DNA of 64,000 nucleotides. It comes from an uncultured Spirochaetales bacterium. GTDB taxonomy: Bacteria; Spirochaetota; Spirochaetia; SPDA01; CAYXSD01. The notes beneath the pieces were generated by a model that was not told where the DNA came from, did no database searches, and worked only from the letters and a program-made list of their open reading frames with translations. Location: assembly GCA_964466335.1 (NCBI GenBank), contig CAYXSD010000002.1:33238-97237 (forward strand), in the 5' to 3' direction. Shown piece after piece: positions 59,210-64,000 of this stretch (position 1 is the first letter of the stretch; every line of letters starts with the position of its first letter). The position numbers and the translations under genes are program-made.

Positions 59210-59592
59210 GGAGTGCTGCTATAGTCCTTATTTCCGGTACAACCGACCATGCCGGCGCAGTAGAGCCTTCCACAGGCATCGAAAAGAGAGTAATCCGTTC
59301 TTATAAGGGGGACCTGGTTTTTCGTTGCCAATTCCATTGTTTCTTTGGGCGGGACCTTCCCGAAGACAAAACAGACAGCCGCAATTTCTACCATCTCCGC
59401 GGTCCTAATTGTTTGCGGATTGGTCAGTCCTGTAAGAAGGAGGGATTTTCGTTTGCTACTGGAGAGTATATCACTCATTAAATCGGAGGCATTAACGGAG
59501 GAAATAGGATGGGTAAGCCAGTTGTTGTCTATTAGTACCTCGGCGTCTAAAATCTCAAGGATGTTTTCCCAACTAAAGGACCTCTGCTGCAT
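59206..59592 (-). CDS. DRTGG-domain protein (second copy)
   Basis: 128 aa and similar to the 57942..58292 product (LMSDILSS...LLLTGLTNPQ...PLIRTDY). It overlaps the downstream gene by 4 nt. Confidence 0.5.
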   Translation of the reverse strand: MQQRSFSWENILEILDAEVLIDNNWLTHPISSVNASDLMSDILSSSKRKSLLLTGLTNPQTIRTAEMVEIAAVCFVFGKVPPKETMELATKNQVPLIRTDYSLFDACGRLYCAGMVGCTGNKDYSSTP

Positions 59593-59598
59593 AGGCTG

Positions 59599-60051
59599 TT
59601 AATCCTTATACTGTTTGAGGAGTCTTGAGACCTTTTTGGGATCGAGTTTTCCATGATACTCCCCGTCTATTACGGCCAGCGGCCCCAGGGCGCAGGCGCC
59701 CACGCAGTTGACTGTTTCCAGGGTAAATTTCCCGTCCTCTGTTGTCTCTCCCGCTTTAATTCCCAGGTTCCGTTCAATTTCTTCCACTACCTGAGCGGCC
59801 CCCCGAACGTGACAGGCCGTACCTACGCAGACAGCACAGTAGTGTTCTCCCATAGGTTCTAATCTCAGGGAAGCATAAAAAGTACAGAGGCTGTAGAGCT
59901 TGCTTAGAGGGACCTTCGTTTCCTCGGAGACTGTTTCGAGTTTGTCCTCCGGGATATATCCGTATTCCGAGGACATGTCCTGAAGAAGACCAATAAGCGA
60001 TGTTTTTCCAGATGTATAACCCTCTATAATTGTGTCAAGTGTGTCCGCCAT
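59599..60051 (-). CDS. NuoE-like thioredoxin-fold [2Fe-2S] subunit (HydC/HoxE/FdhG type)
   Basis: The Cys pattern is CAVCVGTAC...C(x4)C in VNCVGACALGP. A GGAGGA RBS lies 9 nt upstream of the ATG. It is the first gene of the operon. Confidence 0.75.
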   Translation of the reverse strand: MADTLDTIIEGYTSGKTSLIGLLQDMSSEYGYIPEDKLETVSEETKVPLSKLYSLCTFYASLRLEPMGEHYCAVCVGTACHVRGAAQVVEEIERNLGIKAGETTEDGKFTLETVNCVGACALGPLAVIDGEYHGKLDPKKVSRLLKQYKD

Positions 60052-60102
60052 TCTGCCTTATCCTCCATATGTAGTGATTAGCCTAAGGGCTAGACTCCAA
60101 TT

Positions 60103-60157
60103 TGTCAAGTTTCATTTTCTTTTCAGTCTCTTTCAAAATTAACCAATTTTGAAAGAG
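60103..60157 (-). promoter_or_regulatory. Putative promoter and upstream palindrome of the formate dehydrogenase operon
   Basis: On the minus strand there is a TTGACA (60103..60108) with a weak -10 (TAGGCT) 17 nt downstream. A perfect 13-bp inverted repeat, CTCTTTCAAAATT-N4-AATTTTGAAAGAG, spans 60128..60157 and is centred near -62. Confidence 0.35.
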
Positions 60158-60178
60158 GCTGATCCGCAAAGATAATAT

Positions 60179-61444
60179 TTATTTTTTTACCACCGGTTTT
60201 AAGTAGGCGCTCCAGTAACTCATTCCAACGAATAGTCCTCCTCCAATGATATTGCCTAGGGTCACGGGTATAAGATTGGCCGCTATGAAACTTCCCCAGT
60301 TTAATGCCCCGGCATCGTAGGCCGCCGGTGCGGCAACACCACCTAGGGTCTTAAGGATAATTCCCATGGGGATGAAGTACATATTGGCAATGCTGTGTTC
60401 AAAACCAATGGCTACGAAGGCCATAACAGGGAAGATCATAGCAAAGATCTTTCCAACCACCTGCCTTGAGGCAAGTGCCATCCACACGGCAAGGCAGACC
60501 AACCAGTTACATCCGATGGCCCGCGTGAGGGCTTCCACAAAGGAGAGAGATACCTTTCCGTAGGCAATATTCATAGCGGAGGCAGCTATGGCGTTTCCCC
60601 CGGTTTCCCAGAGTCCTGAAAAGAAGTAGAGCATGACGATAAATATCGACCCTATAAAGTTGGCCACATACACCACGCCCCAACGGGCTGCCATCTTTCC
60701 CAAAGTGATTTCTCCGGTCATGACACTGGAAATCATGAGGTTGTTTCCAGTAAAGAGTTCCGCTCCCGCAATGACCACGAGAATTAGTCCTAAACTGAAG
60801 ACGCTTCCACTCATGAACTTGGTAAATCCTGTCCCGAAATGGGAAGCCATGTCGAAGGTCACTGTGGTTGCCAGTACCCCCGCGAAGGCAATATAAGCCC
60901 CGGCAAGGACGGCAAGTACGAAAACGGACATCCAAGGGGAGGTAGTTTTACCGACTCCCACTTTTTGGGCTACCGTTTCGGCGATGGTTTTAGGAGAGTT
61001 GTCCTCCAGAGAGGGGGTGGGAAAGGAGACGGAACCGATCATGGATTTGGCCCGGTCTAGTTCTTTTTTCTCGTTTTCTATCTTCTTCTTTTGGGCCTTT
61101 TGTACCGCCTGGGTAATCTCCACCGGTGAAAAGGGCTTAGCAATGAAGTCTAAGGCGCCCCGCTTCATAGCCTCTGTCGCCCGGTCCACCGAGGGATAGC
61201 CGCTTATCATTACCACTGTTGATTCGGGAGAGCGGGTTTCAATTTCGGTAACCACATCCATGCCGTTAAATTCGGGCATCTGCCAATCGCAGAGAATAAC
61301 ATCGTAGAACGACTCCCCAATGAGTTTTAAGCCCTCCGTTGGGCTAGTGGTCGTAACGACTTCAAAGCCTTCGGCAGTAAAAATTTTGGAACATGAATCC
61401 AGCACTACCTGTTCGTCGTCGATAATCAACATCTTTTCTTTCAT
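60179..61444 (-). CDS. Response-regulator receiver domain fused to a formate/nitrite transporter (FocA/NirC family) channel
   Basis: The canonical REC motifs at residues 1-120 are DD, the acceptor Asp in ILCDWQMP, S in VMISGY and K in AKPF. Residues 170-421 carry FNT signatures (GAELFTGNN, GFEHSIANM, NLIPVTLGNIIGGGLFVG) and six hydrophobic helices. Confidence 0.8.
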   Translation of the reverse strand: MKEKMLIIDDEQVVLDSCSKIFTAEGFEVVTTTSPTEGLKLIGESFYDVILCDWQMPEFNGMDVVTEIETRSPESTVVMISGYPSVDRATEAMKRGALDFIAKPFSPVEITQAVQKAQKKKIENEKKELDRAKSMIGSVSFPTPSLEDNSPKTIAETVAQKVGVGKTTSPWMSVFVLAVLAGAYIAFAGVLATTVTFDMASHFGTGFTKFMSGSVFSLGLILVVIAGAELFTGNNLMISSVMTGEITLGKMAARWGVVYVANFIGSIFIVMLYFFSGLWETGGNAIAASAMNIAYGKVSLSFVEALTRAIGCNWLVCLAVWMALASRQVVGKIFAMIFPVMAFVAIGFEHSIANMYFIPMGIILKTLGGVAAPAAYDAGALNWGSFIAANLIPVTLGNIIGGGLFVGMSYWSAYLKPVVKK

Positions 61445-61540
61445 TTTTTGCTCCTCTTTGCTATCCCTGTAGTGTATGGTACAACCCTGCTTTTTCGGGC
61501 ATGGGTTATAAACTGATGTCCGTTTTGTCTTATTGCAGTG

Positions 61541-62164
61541 TTACCAAATTTCGGCGCTTAACTTCTGATTAAACCAGCGGCGCTGAACATCCGATAGAGG
61601 ACCTGTGTAACTTTCAATCCACTTCTGGTCCCCCGTTAGAAGGGCAAGCTTCTCTTGGGTGGTAAGATCATAGGGATCGAGGGCATCCACCTTTTTAGAG
61701 AATATTTCCTCTTCAAATATCGGGTCGGTGCCGAGCCGATCGAGGATGGAGAGGACTTCATCCTTATGTACCAGACCCTGCTTTTCCTGGGGTGTATCAG
61801 TTATTTTTGCTGTTGCCTTTTCAATTCTGGATAAAAGATCATCCGGGGAGAATGGTTTTTCTACGTAATCGGCGGCGCCCAACTTCATAGACTGCACTGC
61901 CGTATCAACGGAGGAGTACCCGGTAATAATTATGACCGGCAAGCCCGGCTTTTCCTTCTTAATTTCCCTAAGCACCTTCATACCACCGATTTCGGGCATA
62001 CGGATGTCCGAGAGCACCAAAGAGAATTCTTCCTTCAGCACCTGCTTAAGACCCTCCTTAGGGCTAAGAGAGGTGTGGACTTCGAAATCTCTCGATGTGA
62101 GGATCTTTTTTACACTGTCCAGAATAATCTGATCGTCATCTATTACCATTATTTTTCTAGCCAA
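61541..62164 (-). CDS. Response regulator with a receiver domain and an 85-aa C-terminal domain of unknown type
   Basis: The REC motifs are DDD, D in LSDIRMP, T in IITGY and K in EKPF. This REC is closely similar to that of the REC-FNT fusion. The C-terminal domain has no recognisable motif. Confidence 0.7.
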   Translation of the reverse strand: MARKIMVIDDDQIILDSVKKILTSRDFEVHTSLSPKEGLKQVLKEEFSLVLSDIRMPEIGGMKVLREIKKEKPGLPVIIITGYSSVDTAVQSMKLGAADYVEKPFSPDDLLSRIEKATAKITDTPQEKQGLVHKDEVLSILDRLGTDPIFEEEIFSKKVDALDPYDLTTQEKLALLTGDQKWIESYTGPLSDVQRRWFNQKLSAEIW

Positions 62165-62178
62165 GGATATATCCCTCC

Positions 62179-62556
62179 TTATGTATTTGTGTTTTCTTTG
62201 TGATTGTTAAGAATGTTATTGATAGCGTTTATTAGTTCTTCGGGAGTAAAGGGTTTTGGAATGTATTTCTCCGCTCCCGTGGACAAGCTGTGTCGAATGG
62301 TCTCTTCTGTGGAATAACCGCTTATTACCAATATGGGGATATGGGGAAAACGTTTCTTGCAGATAGAAATCAAATAGAGCCCGTCCTTTTCCGGCATTTT
62401 TATGTCCGCAATAATTAAACCTATTGAATGGTTCTCTAAGTTTTCCAGGGCCTCATCCACCGAGGAGGTGTAAAGGGATTCGAATTCAGTGTCCCGGAGG
62501 ATTCTCTTACAGCTTTCGATTACAATGGGATCATCATCGACAATAAGAATTTTCAT
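62179..62556 (-). CDS. Stand-alone receiver domain protein (CheY-like single-domain response regulator)
   Basis: 125 aa. The REC motifs are DDD, D in IADIKMP, S in ISGY and K in PKPF. Confidence 0.75.
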   Translation of the reverse strand: MKILIVDDDPIVIESCKRILRDTEFESLYTSSVDEALENLENHSIGLIIADIKMPEKDGLYLISICKKRFPHIPILVISGYSTEETIRHSLSTGAEKYIPKPFTPEELINAINNILNNHKENTNT

Positions 62557-64000
62557 GTAGTATCATCCTCCAAGGGCAGCCAGATGGTGAAGGTGCTTCC
62601 CTCTCCGACTTGACTCTTTACGTGAATGGATCCTCCGTGTCTTTCTATTATACCATAGGAAACGGACAAACCAAGGCCCGTACCTTTTCCAACTTCCTTG
62701 GTGGTAAAGAAAGGATCAAAGAGTTTTTTTAGATTTTCCTCCGGAATTCCGCATCCTGTATCGGCAATGGTTATTTCTATACCCCGCTTACTCTCCTTCT
62801 CGGTCGAAACGGCGATCCCGGTTCTTACATTAATATGCCCACCGTTGTCTACACTGTCTATTGCGTTAATGAGAACGTTGATTAGTACCGATTGAATTTG
62901 GTTTCTGTCCAGGGTTCGGGTGGGAAGGTTTTCTTTTAGATCGAAGCAGAGGATAGCCCCCTTCACCAGGGCCTGATTCTCGATAAGGGATATAGTGTCT
63001 CTAATAAGTTCGTTTATGTCCGTTTCCACTGGGGTAATTTCGGTTTGTCTTGAAAAGTCGAGTAACCCTTTTACAATATCCCGGACTCTCTCGGTAGCTT
63101 TGGAAATAGTCCGAAGGTCCTCCACAACATCTTCGGGAAGGTCTTCCCGTTTTAAAAGCATGTGGGTAAAGGTAAGCACTCCGGTTAAAGGGTTGTTTAT
63201 CTCGTGAGCTACCCCCGCTGCCAGTCTTCCCACACTGGCCTGCTTCTCCGACTGAAGAAGTTTTATTTCGCTTACCTCCCGCTGTCTGCGGTCCCTCTCC
63301 CGCAGGGAGGTTAGCATTTCCATAAAGGTCCGCTGGAGTATTCCAATTTCATCCTTGGAAATAGGGGCAATTTTGGGACTGAGGTCTCCCTCTGAAACCC
63401 GATGACTTGCCTCAATAAGCTGGTGCATAGGATGTAAGAGTTTTTTCCCCAAAAGAAAGGCGAAAGTTCCCGCTATGACCATTCCCGCCAGGGTTATAAG
63501 GAGGAAGAGTATGAAGGTGTTTTCCCGGATGTCTTGGTATTTCTCTTCGGTTATGCCGACATTGAGCATTCCCACACGCTTGTTGAAGATGTCGTATATA
63601 GGCTCATAGGCAGTGAGGAACCACCCGCTTACTACAAAAGCTCTTCCGCTCCAACGTTCACCCTGGAGAAGAACACTGTTTCGTACCTCCTTGGAGGCTC
63701 GCGTTCCGACTGCCCTGTGTCCTTCCCAGGCAAGGACATTGGTGGATATTCTGATGTCCTCTAAAAAGATGGTGGAATTTCCTACACTCTCTCCTCTATA
63801 GGTTTCTCCTCGGAAGACCGTCTCCTTCACCCTGTCTACTATAGAGTTGTCCTTATTAATAAGGACCCCGCCGTAGAGTATACCCACAAAAGTCTGGTCC
63901 TTGTAGAGAGGAACTGCAGAGGAGATGGTCATGCCCCTGGTTTCCCGGTCCTTATCGGAGGGCTCGGATCTTGGTGTATCTTTAACTTCTATGGCTGCTT
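62553..64000 (-). CDS. Membrane sensor histidine kinase, N-terminus beyond the window end, with extracytoplasmic sensor, TM, HAMP, HisKA and HATPase_c
   Basis: The HisKA H-box is [13 protein letters not shown]. The HATPase_c motifs include DTGCGIPEE and [12 protein letters not shown] helix and HAMP-like linker precede them, and the sensor region is Cache-like. The reading frame probably continues past 63932 to the window edge. Confidence 0.75.
   Translation of the reverse strand, partial: AAIEVKDTPRSEPSDKDRETRGMTISSAVPLYKDQTFVGILYGGVLINKDNSIVDRVKETVFRGETYRGESVGNSTIFLEDIRISTNVLAWEGHRAVGTRASKEVRNSVLLQGERWSGRAFVVSGWFLTAYEPIYDIFNKRVGMLNVGITEEKYQDIRENTFILFLLITLAGMVIAGTFAFLLGKKLLHPMHQLIEASHRVSEGDLSPKIAPISKDEIGILQRTFMEMLTSLRERDRRQREVSEIKLLQSEKQASVGRLAAGVAHEINNPLTGVLTFTHMLLKREDLPEDVVEDLRTISKATERVRDIVKGLLDFSRQTEITPVETDINELIRDTISLIENQALVKGAILCFDLKENLPTRTLDRNQIQSVLINVLINAIDSVDNGGHINVRTGIAVSTEKESKRGIEITIADTGCGIPEENLKKLFDPFFTTKEVGKGTGLGLSVSYGIIERHGGSIHVKSQVGEGSTFTIWLPLEDDTT

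Noticed and set aside
1-64000. CRISPR arrays, transposases, integrases, phage genes and rRNA
   Set aside because: No regularly spaced direct repeats longer than two units were found. No ORFs with transposase or integrase motifs and no rRNA-like conserved stretches were seen.

Overview
The window is a 64 kb chromosomal segment with moderate GC and tightly packed genes. Most of it is ordinary housekeeping content. Reading from the start: the 5' portion of purD (minus strand, no ORF-table entry), then purN, purM and purF, an M23/LysM peptidase, zwf, rpsT, an HU/IHF-like gene, lnt, a response regulator, a bactofilin, a CinA/PncC-domain gene, rho with a K/E-rich N-terminal insertion, rpmE, galK, TPR and NHL-repeat proteins, and nadA. 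These are followed by an Rrf2 regulator with nifS and nifU, a translationally coupled ROK-glucokinase/ppx/ppk operon, clpS-clpA-aat, a DUF362 Fe-S protein, a TGS-uridine-kinase fusion, an HD-GYP protein, a chemotaxis cluster (MCP, cheY, and a cheA with two HPt domains), an M16 peptidase, a short spirochaete-style parE/parC pair with basic low-complexity tails, a HAD hydrolase, a 663-aa hypothetical protein, and folE. The short ParC, bactofilin, HD-GYP and chemotaxis content weakly suggest a spirochaete-like organism, which I cannot confirm. No rRNA, tRNA, CRISPR or mobile element was found. The stand-out locus is a co-directional minus-strand array from about 51.8 kb to the window end at 64 kb. 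It begins with a membrane sensor histidine kinase that runs off the window edge, then three paralogous receiver (REC) proteins in a row. The last of these fuses a canonical receiver domain to a FocA/NirC-type formate channel. Downstream is an operon for a NuoE/NuoF-linked formate dehydrogenase, Cys-type with no in-frame TGA. Inside that operon sits a tightly coupled block of signalling-type genes: two DRTGG proteins, a CBS-pair/GHKL-ATPase protein, a PHP phosphoesterase and a stand-alone GHKL ATPase. Together this looks like a phosphorylation-controlled formate import/oxidation system. The REC-gated formate channel in particular appears undescribed to my knowledge. Secondary observations are a perfect 36-bp palindrome downstream of zwf, three palindromes sharing AATTCT/AGAATT ends upstream of a consensus nadA promoter, a palindrome centred near -62 of the putative formate dehydrogenase operon promoter, and a duplicated SD-driven mini-ORF immediately upstream of an SD-less clpS.
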